From Pseudomonadota bacterium (lineage in GTDB: Bacteria > Myxococcota > JACRCW01 > JAFGSX01): 64,000 nucleotides of DNA. Below are positions 38,675 through 48,164 of this stretch, piece by piece. The stretch spans positions 1-64,000 of the forward strand of contig JBDRCO010000094.1 of NCBI GenBank assembly GCA_043821645.1, written 5' to 3'. The position numbers and the translations under genes were made by a program. Each line of letters begins with the position of its first letter. Position 1 is the first letter of the stretch. The notes under the pieces are model-generated. The model was not told where the DNA came from, searched no databases, and was given only the letters and a program-made list of their open reading frames with translations.

Positions 38675-40171
38675 ATGTTCTTTTTCTTCATCCTGAGCGG
38701 GCTGTTTTTGGGCTGGTCCCTGGGTGCCAATGATGCGGCCAACGTCTACGGCACGGCCGTGGGCACCCGCATGATCAAGTTCCGCACCGCCGCTACTGTG
38801 TGCAGCATCTTCCTCATCCTGGGAGCCGTGCAAGGCGGCGCAGGCGCAGCCCACACCCTGGGCAAGCTCGGCTCAGTCAACCAGCTCGCCGGTGCGTTCA
38901 CGGTGGCCCTCGCCGCGGCCATCACCGTGGCCTGGATGACCAAGCTCAAGCTCCCGGTGTCGACGTCACAGGCCATCGTCGGCGCCATCATTGGCTGGAA
39001 CCTGTTCGCCGGTGCCCAGACCGACGTCGGCTCGCTGACCAAGATCGTCAGCTCGTGGGTGATCTGCCCGCTGCTGTCGGCGGTGTTCGCGATCCTGCTG
39101 TTCGAGGTGGCCGAGGTGGGTCTGCGCCACCTCAAGGTACACCTGTTTCACATCGACGCCTGGACCCGCTGGGGCCTGTTCGTCGTCGGAGCCTTTGCCT
39201 CGTACAGCCTGGGCGCCAACAACATCGCCAACGTGATGGGTGTGTTCGTCAATTCCACGCCCTTCGGCCCCATCAGCTTTTACGGACTGCTCACCCTGAG
39301 CCCCGCGCAGCAGCTCTTTGCACTGGGCGGCGTGGCCATCGCGGTCGGAGTGTTCACCTACTCCAAGAAAGTCATGCTGACCGTGGGCAACGATCTGTTT
39401 CGCATGTCGCCCATCGCCGCCCTGGTCGTGGTCCTGGCCCAGGCCATCGTGCTGTTCCTGTTCGCCAGCGAGGATCTCGAGGCCTGGCTGATCAACCACG
39501 GTCTGCCCTCGGTGCCCCTGGTGCCGGTGTCGAGCTCGCAGGCAGTCATCGGCGCGGTCATCGGCATCGGCATCGCCAAGGGCGGGCGCAACATCCGCTT
39601 CCGGGTGCTGGGCCGCATCGCCGTGGGCTGGGTGACGACGCCGGTGATCTCGGGCTTCATCGGACTCGTGCTACTGTTCATCGTGCAAAACGTGTTCTCG
39701 CAGCACGTACACACACCGGTGCCGCACCTGCTCGACGTCGAGGTGGTGGTCAAGCTCAAGGACAAGGACCTGTACAGCGACGCCCTCGAGGACCTGCTCG
39801 GACGCCGCTTCGAGACCGCGGCGAGCTTGCGCCGGGAACTGGCAGTGCGCCTGCCCGAGGACCCGCGGCGAGGTGAGATCCTCAAGTACACCGAGGTCGC
39901 CAGCCTGACCGTCGACATCGAGAAGCTGGCGCCCCTGGACGACGGGCAGTGGTTCAGCGAGGAGCAGCTACGCACGGTGTTCCGGCTGCACGGCCGCACC
40001 TACATGCACCCGTGGCAGCTCCGCGACGCCCTGGCCGAGCGCTCCACCGAATGGCGGCTGCTCGCGGACACCAAGCGCAACAAGCGCTTCAACAAGGAAC
40101 TCAAGGCCAAGCTCGACTACCTGGCCCAGGTGTTTGCGGCCGAACCGCCAAAGTCCCCGTCCTCACGATAG
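38675..40171 (+). CDS. Inorganic phosphate transporter (PiT family) with C-terminal soluble extension
   Basis: 'GANDAAN','LPVSTSQAIVG','GANNIAN','PVSSSQAVIG'. Confidence 0.92.
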   Translation: MFFFFILSGLFLGWSLGANDAANVYGTAVGTRMIKFRTAATVCSIFLILGAVQGGAGAAHTLGKLGSVNQLAGAFTVALAAAITVAWMTKLKLPVSTSQAIVGAIIGWNLFAGAQTDVGSLTKIVSSWVICPLLSAVFAILLFEVAEVGLRHLKVHLFHIDAWTRWGLFVVGAFASYSLGANNIANVMGVFVNSTPFGPISFYGLLTLSPAQQLFALGGVAIAVGVFTYSKKVMLTVGNDLFRMSPIAALVVVLAQAIVLFLFASEDLEAWLINHGLPSVPLVPVSSSQAVIGAVIGIGIAKGGRNIRFRVLGRIAVGWVTTPVISGFIGLVLLFIVQNVFSQHVHTPVPHLLDVEVVVKLKDKDLYSDALEDLLGRRFETAASLRRELAVRLPEDPRRGEILKYTEVASLTVDIEKLAPLDDGQWFSEEQLRTVFRLHGRTYMHPWQLRDALAERSTEWRLLADTKRNKRFNKELKAKLDYLAQVFAAEPPKSPSSR

Positions 40172-40235
40172 ATCTTGGAACGTGCCGGGCGTGGCCAGAG
40201 GTCCGACCAAAGCCCGACAGCGTGAGGTTCCCGCC

Positions 40236-41528
40236 ATGACGACCACGCGACGGCTCTCGCGCTCGACCACCCGGCAGCCCCGGCGGGTGGACTCGCCCTC
40301 TAAACCCCCGACCGGGCCGGTGACGGGAAGCGGGTCCTCGATCACGCCGACCACGATCGAGAGCCCGAACCTGGGTCCGGCCGACGGCAGCAGCGGCCGC
40401 TTCGTCGAGGCCGAGCGCGAGCGCGGGGGACAGCCCAGGACCAGCACCCCCCATCACTCCAGCACGACCGTGGGCGGCCTGGACGAGGATCCCCTGCGCA
40501 CCCGGGCCGAGCAGACCCTGGCCCTGTACGCGCCTGGCGCTGCGGCCCAGCCCCGGGCTGCCCAGCGCGTGCTGTTCTGGGTTGGCGAGCTGCACACCGC
40601 GCTGTCGACGGCGGCGAGCCAGCCTGACCTGGCCAAGGGTGCCATGCACCGCGACATGCGCACCGCGGCGTTCATGCTCGAGGCCAGCCTGCGTCTGTAC
40701 CGCGACAAGTACGGCAAGCCCCTGGACGAGGCGCGCAAGGACGTCAAGAAGCTCGAGGACCTGCTGGGCGCCCTGGGTCACGCCCAGGACATGCAGAAGG
40801 CCGGCGTCGGCTGTTCCGAGCTCCCCGCCGAGGCCAGGGCCTACCTGGACAGGCAGGTGGCCAAGGAAACCGAGAAGCTGCTCGAGCTGCTGGGCTCGGG
40901 CTGGCTCCCGGGCGCACAGGGCACGGTGCCCGTGCTCGACGACGTCGTGGAGACGGTGCTGCACACCGACTGGAAGAAGGGCGATGGCGATCGCAAGGCC
41001 ATCCGCAAGGCCCTGGGCCGCCAGCTCGACGAGGTGGCCGCGGGGGGCCTCGACATGAACGAGCTGCAAGAAGGCCTGCACGAGCTGCGGCGGCAACTGC
41101 GCTGGGTCCCGATCTACGGCATGGCGCTCAAAGGCGCGGTGGTGCTCGACGACACGCTGCTCCCCGAACCGCGCTACGCTGCCCTGCGCGACGACCCGGT
41201 GGCCAGCTCGCCCTTTGCTGCGCTGCCCACCTCGGCCCAGGACAAGCATCCGCTGCGGCTGTCGCGCACCGTGTTCCTGCGCAGCACCCAGCTCATCGAC
41301 GAACTCGGCACGATCAAGGACCAGGGCGAGTCCATCGAGGGCCTCGCCAAGGCCCTGCGCAAGGCCGATGTGGTCGAGGGGCTCGAGGCCTCGGAGCAGG
41401 AGGCGGCGCGCCTGCTCGGGCTGGACCCTCACGCCATGGACGCCGTCAAGGCCCGGGCGACCCTGCTCTACCCCGAGGTGCGCCGGGTCGCCGAGCTGTT
41501 TGCCGCGGATCTGCGCGCGCAGGACTGA
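40236..41528 (+). CDS. CHAD domain (polyphosphate-binding) protein with disordered N-terminus
   Basis: ATG 40236 with GAGG RBS; 'MHR.MR','LGALGHAQD','LHELRRQLR','LGTIKD'. Confidence 0.7.
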   Translation: MTTTRRLSRSTTRQPRRVDSPSKPPTGPVTGSGSSITPTTIESPNLGPADGSSGRFVEAERERGGQPRTSTPHHSSTTVGGLDEDPLRTRAEQTLALYAPGAAAQPRAAQRVLFWVGELHTALSTAASQPDLAKGAMHRDMRTAAFMLEASLRLYRDKYGKPLDEARKDVKKLEDLLGALGHAQDMQKAGVGCSELPAEARAYLDRQVAKETEKLLELLGSGWLPGAQGTVPVLDDVVETVLHTDWKKGDGDRKAIRKALGRQLDEVAAGGLDMNELQEGLHELRRQLRWVPIYGMALKGAVVLDDTLLPEPRYAALRDDPVASSPFAALPTSAQDKHPLRLSRTVFLRSTQLIDELGTIKDQGESIEGLAKALRKADVVEGLEASEQEAARLLGLDPHAMDAVKARATLLYPEVRRVAELFAADLRAQD

Positions 41529-41586
41529 GTGTCCGAAACGTCGCCCCGCGGGTCGATGAGACGTCTCGACACCTCCCCGAAGTGCC

Positions 41587-42675
41587 TCAAGCTCGCCCAG
41601 CCGGCGCCTGTTCAAGCTGCTTGATGAGCTGCTCGAAATGTTCCTTGTCGTTGGCCTTGAGGTAGGCCTCCTCGGGGCGCACCTCGCCCTCGCGCACCAG
41701 GGTGAGCAGGGCGTCGTCCATGGTCTGCATGCCCTGAGCGCGGCTGGACTGGATCAGCGAGAACAGCTTGGAGGTGCTGCCCTCGCGGATGATGTTGGCC
41801 AGGGCCGGCACCCGCACCAGGATCTCGTTGGCCGCACGGCGTCCCCGCCCGTCGGCGGTGGGTAGCAGGAGCTGCGCCACGATGCCTGCCAGGGACTCGG
41901 ACAGGGATAGCCGGATCTGGTCCTGCTGCTCGGCCGGGAAGGCGTCGATGAGGCGATCGATGGTCTTGGCGGCGCTGTTGGTGTGCAGTGTGCCGAACAC
42001 CAGGGCTCCCATCTCTGCCGCGGTGATGGCCAGGGCAATGGTCTCGAGATCGCGCATCTCGCCGACCAGGATCACGTCGGCATCCTGGCGGATGGCCGCG
42101 CGCAGAGCTCCACCGAAACCGTCGGTCTGCGAACCCACCTCGCGCTGCGAGAACACGCAGGTCTTGTTCTGGTGCACGAACTCGACCGGGTCCTCGATGG
42201 TGACGACGTGCATCGCGTAGGTCTTGTTGATCTCGTCGATGATGGCCGCCAGGGTGGTGGACTTGCCCGAACCGGTGGGACCGGTGACCAGGACCAGTCC
42301 ACTGTGCAGGTGCGCGAAGCTCCGCACCACCGGCGGCAGCTTGAGCTCGTCGAGGGTCAGGATGCGCTCGGGGATGGTCCGGAAGACGGCGCCGGCGCCG
42401 TGCTCCTGCACGAAGTAGTTCGCGCGGAAGCGCGCCACGCCCGGCAGGCCATAGGCGAAGTCGAGATCCTGATCGGCCAGGTAGCTGGCCCACTGATCGG
42501 GGCGGGTGATCTCTGCCAGCAGCTCGCGCAGCCCCTTGTCGTCGAGCGTGGACCAGCCATCGACCACCTGCAGGGCTCCCTTTTGACGGATCCGGGGTGG
42601 ACTGCCCGCCGCCAGGTGCAGGTCCGAGCCACTGCTTTCCTTCATCCGGGTCAGAAGCTCATCCAGCCTCGCCAC
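41587..42675 (-). CDS. pilT: PilT/PilU family retraction ATPase
   Basis: GTG 42675; 'SDLHL..G.PP','GPTGSGKSTT','TIEDPVE','VGEMRD','GTLHT','NIIRE'. Confidence 0.92.
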   Translation of the reverse strand: MARLDELLTRMKESSGSDLHLAAGSPPRIRQKGALQVVDGWSTLDDKGLRELLAEITRPDQWASYLADQDLDFAYGLPGVARFRANYFVQEHGAGAVFRTIPERILTLDELKLPPVVRSFAHLHSGLVLVTGPTGSGKSTTLAAIIDEINKTYAMHVVTIEDPVEFVHQNKTCVFSQREVGSQTDGFGGALRAAIRQDADVILVGEMRDLETIALAITAAEMGALVFGTLHTNSAAKTIDRLIDAFPAEQQDQIRLSLSESLAGIVAQLLLPTADGRGRRAANEILVRVPALANIIREGSTSKLFSLIQSSRAQGMQTMDDALLTLVREGEVRPEEAYLKANDKEHFEQLIKQLEQAPAGRA

Positions 42676-42728
42676 GGGTGCCTCGCTTTCTGGGGCAGCC
42701 TGTCGTCGGCCCCGCCCCGGTGGCGCAC

Positions 42729-44402
42729 CTAGCCATCGAGCAGACGCGGATCTTCGCAGTGCTGCAGCGCCACCTCGCGCGTCACCACGCCCGCCTTCAC
42801 CAGTCGCGCCAGGGAATGTTCGAGCAGGCACATGCCCGTGGCCTGGCCCATCTGCATGGCCGAGCGCAGCTGGACAGTCCGGTTATCCCGGATCAGGTTG
42901 CCCACGGCCCGGGTGACCCGCAGCAGCTCGATGGCCGCCACCCGCCGCTTGCCGTCGGCAGTGGGAAGCAGGCGCTGCGAGACCACCGCCCGCAGCGACT
43001 CGGAGACCATGGTACGGATCTGCGACTGCTCCTCGGGCGGAAAGGCGCCGATGAGTCGCGTGATGGTGCGCGCGGCATTGCTGGTGTGCAGCGTCGACAG
43101 CACCAGGTGCCCGGTCTCGGCGGCGGTGAGTGCCAGGGAGATGGTCTCGAGATCGCGCAGCTCGCCGATGGCGATGACGTCGGGATCCTCGCGCAGGGCC
43201 GCGCGCAGGGCCCGGGCGAAGCTCTCGGTGTGGCGCTGCACCTGGCGCTGGTTCACCTGGGCACGCCTGGGCGGGTACAGGGTCTCAACCGGATCCTCGA
43301 TGGTCAGGATGTGGTCGGTGCGCTCCTCGTTGATGATGTCGAGCAACGCCGCCATGGTTGAGGACTTGCCGCAGCCTGCAGGCCCGGTGATGAGCACCAG
43401 ACCCTGGTGAAAGGTCGTCAGCCTGGCCAGGTCTCCGGGCAGCCCCAGCTCCTCGAGCCGGGGTGGCTGCAGCGGGATGCAGCGGAACACCCCGTCGTGC
43501 CCGTTCTGGCTGCGGTACAGGTTGCATCGAAACCGTCCCACCTCGTCGACGGTGTAGGCGAGGTCGAGCTGTCCGTGGGCATCGAGCAGTTCAAGTTGTG
43601 TGGGCGTGAGCGCTGCCCGCAGGGTCTGCGTCAGCCAGGCCGGTTCCAGGGCCTGGCCGTGGTCCGTGAGCGCGCCATTGATGCGCAGCTTGATGGCGCA
43701 GTTCGGATGCAAGTGCACGTCGCTGGCGCCGGCCCGGGCGGCGGCCGCCAGGATGGTATCGAGGGCCCCGCTGCGCAGGTGCGGGCGTCTGTCGAGCGCC
43801 GCACGAGGTGCTGCAGGGGCGCTGGCCGGGCTCGCCCCGGACGCTGCGGGTGGTTGCTCGGCTGTGGCATCCACCCCGTCGAGCTGCTGTTGCGCGGGGA
43901 CGGGGCGCGCCGCTGCAGGCGCCGGTGGTGCAGGAGCTGCCGGGCTGGACGAGGCTGCCGAGGGCTGGCGGAGGGGTGGCGATGATGGCTCCAGGGCCGG
44001 TGCCTCGTCGGAGCCCAGGATCACGGGTGGCTCGTCGAGATCGAGCATCACCTCTGCCACCGGAGGTATCGGTCTGGCCTGCTGCATGGCCGAGGCCGCG
44101 GCGCGCGCCAGTGCGGCGAAGGGATCGGGAGCCACCGGCGCGGCACTCGAGGAGACCGGAGCCGATGAGCGGCCATCCTCCCCGGCGCTCCATTCCTGCA
44201 TCTGGGCGGTGACCGCCCGCTGCACCTCGAGACAGGTCTTGAGCTGGTCCTCGCTCAGGAGCCCCAGGTCGACCAGGATCTCACCGAGACGCCGCGTGTT
44301 GCCGGGCCGGCCCTGCTCGGTCGTGGCCTGCGCCAGCTGGTCCATCGTGATGAAGCGCCGCCGGACCGCGATGCGGCCGAGCAGACCGGATTGCTGTGCC
44401 AT
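42729..44402 (-). CDS. pilT: PilT/PilU family ATPase with N-terminal MshEN-like domain and Pro/Ala linker
   Basis: 'RLGEILVDLGLLSEDQLKTCLEVQ'; 'GPAGCGKS','TIEDPVE','IGELRD','GHLVLSTLHT','NLIRD'. Confidence 0.88.
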   Translation of the reverse strand: MAQQSGLLGRIAVRRRFITMDQLAQATTEQGRPGNTRRLGEILVDLGLLSEDQLKTCLEVQRAVTAQMQEWSAGEDGRSSAPVSSSAAPVAPDPFAALARAAASAMQQARPIPPVAEVMLDLDEPPVILGSDEAPALEPSSPPLRQPSAASSSPAAPAPPAPAAARPVPAQQQLDGVDATAEQPPAASGASPASAPAAPRAALDRRPHLRSGALDTILAAAARAGASDVHLHPNCAIKLRINGALTDHGQALEPAWLTQTLRAALTPTQLELLDAHGQLDLAYTVDEVGRFRCNLYRSQNGHDGVFRCIPLQPPRLEELGLPGDLARLTTFHQGLVLITGPAGCGKSSTMAALLDIINEERTDHILTIEDPVETLYPPRRAQVNQRQVQRHTESFARALRAALREDPDVIAIGELRDLETISLALTAAETGHLVLSTLHTSNAARTITRLIGAFPPEEQSQIRTMVSESLRAVVSQRLLPTADGKRRVAAIELLRVTRAVGNLIRDNRTVQLRSAMQMGQATGMCLLEHSLARLVKAGVVTREVALQHCEDPRLLDG

Positions 44403-44519
44403 GGCTCCCTGGTTACGGGGTCCGGGGGGTGGCGGTCAAGCCGCACCTGCGCCCCGCCCTGCCGTCGACGGAATCCCTGCGCGTGTCATGGAGCTATGCG
44501 CGTACCTGCACCTGCTCGC

Positions 44520-45038
44520 CTAGCGTGCAACCTCGAGCAGCTCGATGTCGAAGACCAGCATCCCCGACGGGGCGTTGGGGCGCATGGGCTTGTCCCCATA
44601 GGCAAGCTCAGCGGGGATCCAGAAGCGGGTCTTCTCGCCCTTGCTCATGAGCTGCACGCCCTCGGTCCAGCCCTTGATCACCCGGTTGAGGGGGAAGCGT
44701 GCAGGCTGGCCGCGCTTGACCGAGCTGTCAAACATGCGGCCGTCCCGGGTCCAGCCGCTGTAGTTGACGACGACTGTGTCCTCGGCCGTGGGCCGGGTCT
44801 GGCCATCGCCTGGACTCAGCACCTTGTAGGCGAGGCCGCTGGGCGTCACCTGGGCGTCAGCCGGGGCCGCCGCCACGTCGGGCGGGGCCGGCAGGTCGCC
44901 GGGCTTGGGAGCCAGCACCGGCAGCTTCTTGTGCTCGATGGGCTGCGCCGCAGGCGTGTCCTCGGCAGGAGCCGTGCGGGGCTTGCAGGCCAGTACCGTG
45001 AGCGTCGCGAGCAGGGTCACCAGCAATCTCGTGGTCAT
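44520..45038 (-). CDS. FKBP-type peptidyl-prolyl isomerase lipoprotein
   Basis: Lipobox 'VLAC'; 'TPSGL.Y','FDSS','VIKGWTEG','IP.ELAYG','LVFDIELL'. Confidence 0.93.
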   Translation of the reverse strand: MTTRLLVTLLATLTVLACKPRTAPAEDTPAAQPIEHKKLPVLAPKPGDLPAPPDVAAAPADAQVTPSGLAYKVLSPGDGQTRPTAEDTVVVNYSGWTRDGRMFDSSVKRGQPARFPLNRVIKGWTEGVQLMSKGEKTRFWIPAELAYGDKPMRPNAPSGMLVFDIELLEVAR

Positions 45039-45243
45039 GATGCGATCTCCTGAGCAGCACGTTCCGCTGCGTGGCCGTGCATATAGCTTCGGAGCCTGCC
45101 GCAGGGCAAGCCATGTGAAGCGGCCGTGCGCGGTCCTTTACCATCGAGTGGCGCACTCGCTATCGTGGACTGCCCTGAGTGGTGGCGGACACGAGCAGCG
45201 CGAACGCCGCCCACGACGCCTGGCCCCAGAGGGAGGATGTACC

Positions 45244-46935
45244 ATGCACAAGCTCGTCGTCAGCAGCCCGTTCCTCGCGCTGCTCTGGGCCTGCCCGGAT
45301 CCTGGCTCCCTCCCTTTGGGACCGGAGGACCGCGACGCGGGTACGCTGGTCGAGGACGCAGGAGCAGACGCGGCCTACGTGCCCCTGCCGGCGGTGGACA
45401 GTGGGGTGGTGCCGCAGGTGGACTACCAGGATGGCGTCGAGGTTGAACTCGACGAGGGCCGGGTTCGTGGCGAGCTCGCCGACGACCTGCGCATCTTCCG
45501 GGGCATTCCCTTCGCGGAGCCGCCCGTGGGCGCACTGCGCTTCCGGCCACCGGTGCCGATCTCACCCTGGTCGGGCATTCGCGAGACCCGCGAGTTCGGC
45601 CCGGCCTGTCCGCAGGAGCCCCTGCCCACCATGTCGTCGCTGGACCACATGGACGAGGACTGCCTGAACGTCAATGTCTGGGCGCACACCGATGGCCGGA
45701 TCCGGCCCGTCATGGTGTGGATCTTCGGTGGCGCCTTCACCATTGGAGGCGGCGACTGGTCGGTGTACGAGGGCAGCGACCTCGCACGCAACGGTGACGT
45801 GGTGGTCATGACCTTCAACTACAGGCTGGGGGCCCTGGGTTACCTGGCCACCGAGACCCTGCAGGCGAGCGATCCCCTCGGCGCGTCAGGCACCCACGGC
45901 ATCCTCGACCAGATCGAGCTGCTGCGCTGGGTACGGCGCAATGCCCCGGCGTTTGGCGGCGATCCCTACAACGTCACCATCTTTGGCGAGTCTGCCGGCG
46001 GTATCTCGGTGTGTGCCTTGCTCGCTGCACCCCAGGCGCGTGGCCTGTTCCGACGTTCCATCTCGCAGAGCGGCGGTGGCTGCAACACCTTCACCTACCT
46101 CGACCGCGAGGCCATGCTCGGCCTGCCGCCGCTTCGCGAGACCAGCCGGCGCATCGTCGAGGAGGTGGGCTGTGGGTCGGCGGCCGACGAGGTGGCCTGC
46201 CTGCAATTGGTCCCGGCGCAGGATCTGGTGGCCGCCATCCCTACCCTCAGCCTGTTCACGGGACCCCTCAACCAGCGGTTGAGCTTCATGCCTGCCGTCG
46301 ACGGGGTGGTGATCCCCGAGATGCCCATTGCACGGCTGGTCCGCGAGGGCGCGGATCCGGATGTCTCCGCGATCTTTGGCAGCAATGCCGACGAGGCGGC
46401 GCTCTTTCTGGCCCTGGACACGGTGCCCTTCCGGGGCTCGTTCAGGAACAAGCTCGAGGAACTCATCCCCGACGAGGCCACGGTGGACGCGGTGATGGCC
46501 CTGTACCCCTGGCCCGAGTTCCTGCTTCCCAAGGACGCCTTCGAGGCCTTCCTGGGAGATGTGATCTTCAACTGCGGACCCCTGGCCGCGGCGAGCGCCG
46601 TCGGGGACAGAGGGCGGGTCTACTACTTCACGCAGGCCCCTTTGACCTTCTCGCTGCTCATGGGGACCATGCACGCCATTGACACCATCTACACCTTCAA
46701 CACCTTCGAGGCCTTCTTGGTGATCCCCAGCGCCGCCGACCGCGAGGTGTCGCGCATCGTGCAGCACGCGTGGAGCACCCTGGCTCGTACCGGCCGACCA
46801 GCCTTGACCGTGCCCTGGCCCGCCTACGCCCCGGGCCAGCCCAGCATCGCCCGCATCGCCCCAGAGCCCGAGCTGTTGCGGGCTTATCGCGGCGGACGCT
46901 GCGAGGCCCTGCGAGGCCTGGGGCTGGCGCCCTAG
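45244..46935 (+). CDS. Type-B carboxylesterase lipoprotein
   Basis: ATG 45244 with GGAGG RBS; 'F.GIPFA.PP.G.LRF','EDCL..NVW','GESAGG'. Confidence 0.92.
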   Translation: MHKLVVSSPFLALLWACPDPGSLPLGPEDRDAGTLVEDAGADAAYVPLPAVDSGVVPQVDYQDGVEVELDEGRVRGELADDLRIFRGIPFAEPPVGALRFRPPVPISPWSGIRETREFGPACPQEPLPTMSSLDHMDEDCLNVNVWAHTDGRIRPVMVWIFGGAFTIGGGDWSVYEGSDLARNGDVVVMTFNYRLGALGYLATETLQASDPLGASGTHGILDQIELLRWVRRNAPAFGGDPYNVTIFGESAGGISVCALLAAPQARGLFRRSISQSGGGCNTFTYLDREAMLGLPPLRETSRRIVEEVGCGSAADEVACLQLVPAQDLVAAIPTLSLFTGPLNQRLSFMPAVDGVVIPEMPIARLVREGADPDVSAIFGSNADEAALFLALDTVPFRGSFRNKLEELIPDEATVDAVMALYPWPEFLLPKDAFEAFLGDVIFNCGPLAAASAVGDRGRVYYFTQAPLTFSLLMGTMHAIDTIYTFNTFEAFLVIPSAADREVSRIVQHAWSTLARTGRPALTVPWPAYAPGQPSIARIAPEPELLRAYRGGRCEALRGLGLAP

Positions 46936-47237
46936 GGACCCCTGGCTGCGCGCTTTTCCTCTGGCAAGGATTCCGTCGACACGAAGCGCAGTTAGCACCT
47001 TTGCAGGGGGCTCCGTTGCGTCGGGTGTTTTGCCTTGCGACCCATGACGCATTGGGCTATTCCCCGACCCGCTTGCATGGCCTGGTCGACGTGAGGCCCC
47101 GGCACCGGACGTCGAGACGCGAGTTTGGCGCTGTGAACGGAGCGAAGCCGGCGGGTCGTGCAGGGCGCCCGGTTCATGGGGGAATGCGTCGTCACGGGTG
47201 ATCGCCTGGATCTCCTGCTCGACGCGGAGGGTCCGTG

Positions 47238-47804
47238 ATGGGCGAGCTGACACTCTCGGACATCGTGTTCTACTTCTTCGCACTGCTGGCTGTGGCCGGG
47301 GCTGCCGGAGTCGCCTTCAGCCGCAACATCGTCTACAGCGCGTTCTCGCTGCTGGCCGCCCTGTTCGGCGCCGCGGCCCTGTACGTGTTCCTGTCCGCCG
47401 ACCTCATCGCAGTGGTGCAGGTGCTGGTCTACATCGGTGGCGTGCTGGTGCTGATCCTCTTCGCCATCATGCTGACCAGCAAGATCGGCAATGCCCAGGG
47501 CAGCAACCTCAACGTCGGGGGACTGGCCGGTGGCGCCGTCTTTGCCCTGCTCAGCATCATCATGGTCTACGTCGCCGTGGCAACGCCCTGGGGCCAGGTC
47601 CGCGGCCCCGAGCTCCCCGTGCTGCGCGACGCGCCGCTGCAGCCCACCACGGCCGCCATTGGCAATGCCCTGCTCACCGACTTTCTGCTGCCCTTCGAGA
47701 TCGCCAGCGTGGTGCTGCTGGCCGCCCTGATCGGCGCGGTCATCATCGCCCGCAAGGAGATGCGCACGCTCACCCCGTCGACGGAAGGGGAGGTGAGAAA
47801 ATGA
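47238..47804 (+). CDS. nuoJ: NADH-quinone oxidoreductase subunit J
   Basis: 'QVLVYIGG..VL.LFAIML','LPFEIASVVLL.ALIGA'. Confidence 0.95.
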   Translation: MGELTLSDIVFYFFALLAVAGAAGVAFSRNIVYSAFSLLAALFGAAALYVFLSADLIAVVQVLVYIGGVLVLILFAIMLTSKIGNAQGSNLNVGGLAGGAVFALLSIIMVYVAVATPWGQVRGPELPVLRDAPLQPTTAAIGNALLTDFLLPFEIASVVLLAALIGAVIIARKEMRTLTPSTEGEVRK

Positions 47805-48115
47805 GCCTGCATGTCGGATTGCCCCACGTGATGGTGGTGGCCGCCCTGCTGTTCACCTTCGGCCTGATCTGCGTGGTCACGCGCAAGAATGCCGTGGGCC
47901 TGCTCATGGGCGTCGAGCTCATCCTCAATGCCGCCAACCTCAACTTCGTGGCCTTCAGCCATCACCTGACCGGCACCATCGACGGTCATGTCATGGCCCT
48001 GTTCGGCATCATCCTGGCGGCGGCGGAGGCCTGCGTGGCGCTGGCCATCGTGCTGGCCATCTACCAGACCTTCCACACCATCGACACGACCGAAGCCACG
48101 ACGCTGAAGAACTGA
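47801..48115 (+). CDS. nuoK: NADH-quinone oxidoreductase subunit K
   Basis: ATG 47801 overlaps nuoJ stop; 'LMGVELILNAANLN','AAAEA.VALA'. Confidence 0.95.
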   Translation: MSLHVGLPHVMVVAALLFTFGLICVVTRKNAVGLLMGVELILNAANLNFVAFSHHLTGTIDGHVMALFGIILAAAEACVALAIVLAIYQTFHTIDTTEATTLKN

Positions 48116-48164
48116 CCACGTCCTGACGGTCGCGACGCCCTCGCGTCGACGGAGAGAAGACTCC

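Noticed and set aside
40145-40171. CAAAG...CACGATAG as a sigma-28 promoter for the CHAD gene
   Set aside because: Spacing is 11 rather than 15 nt and it lies within the PiT coding end
47037-47205. Calling the structured region 6S RNA or a named riboswitch
   Set aside because: Length and rod-like closure are suggestive, but I cannot match a known consensus by eye; kept as unnamed candidate
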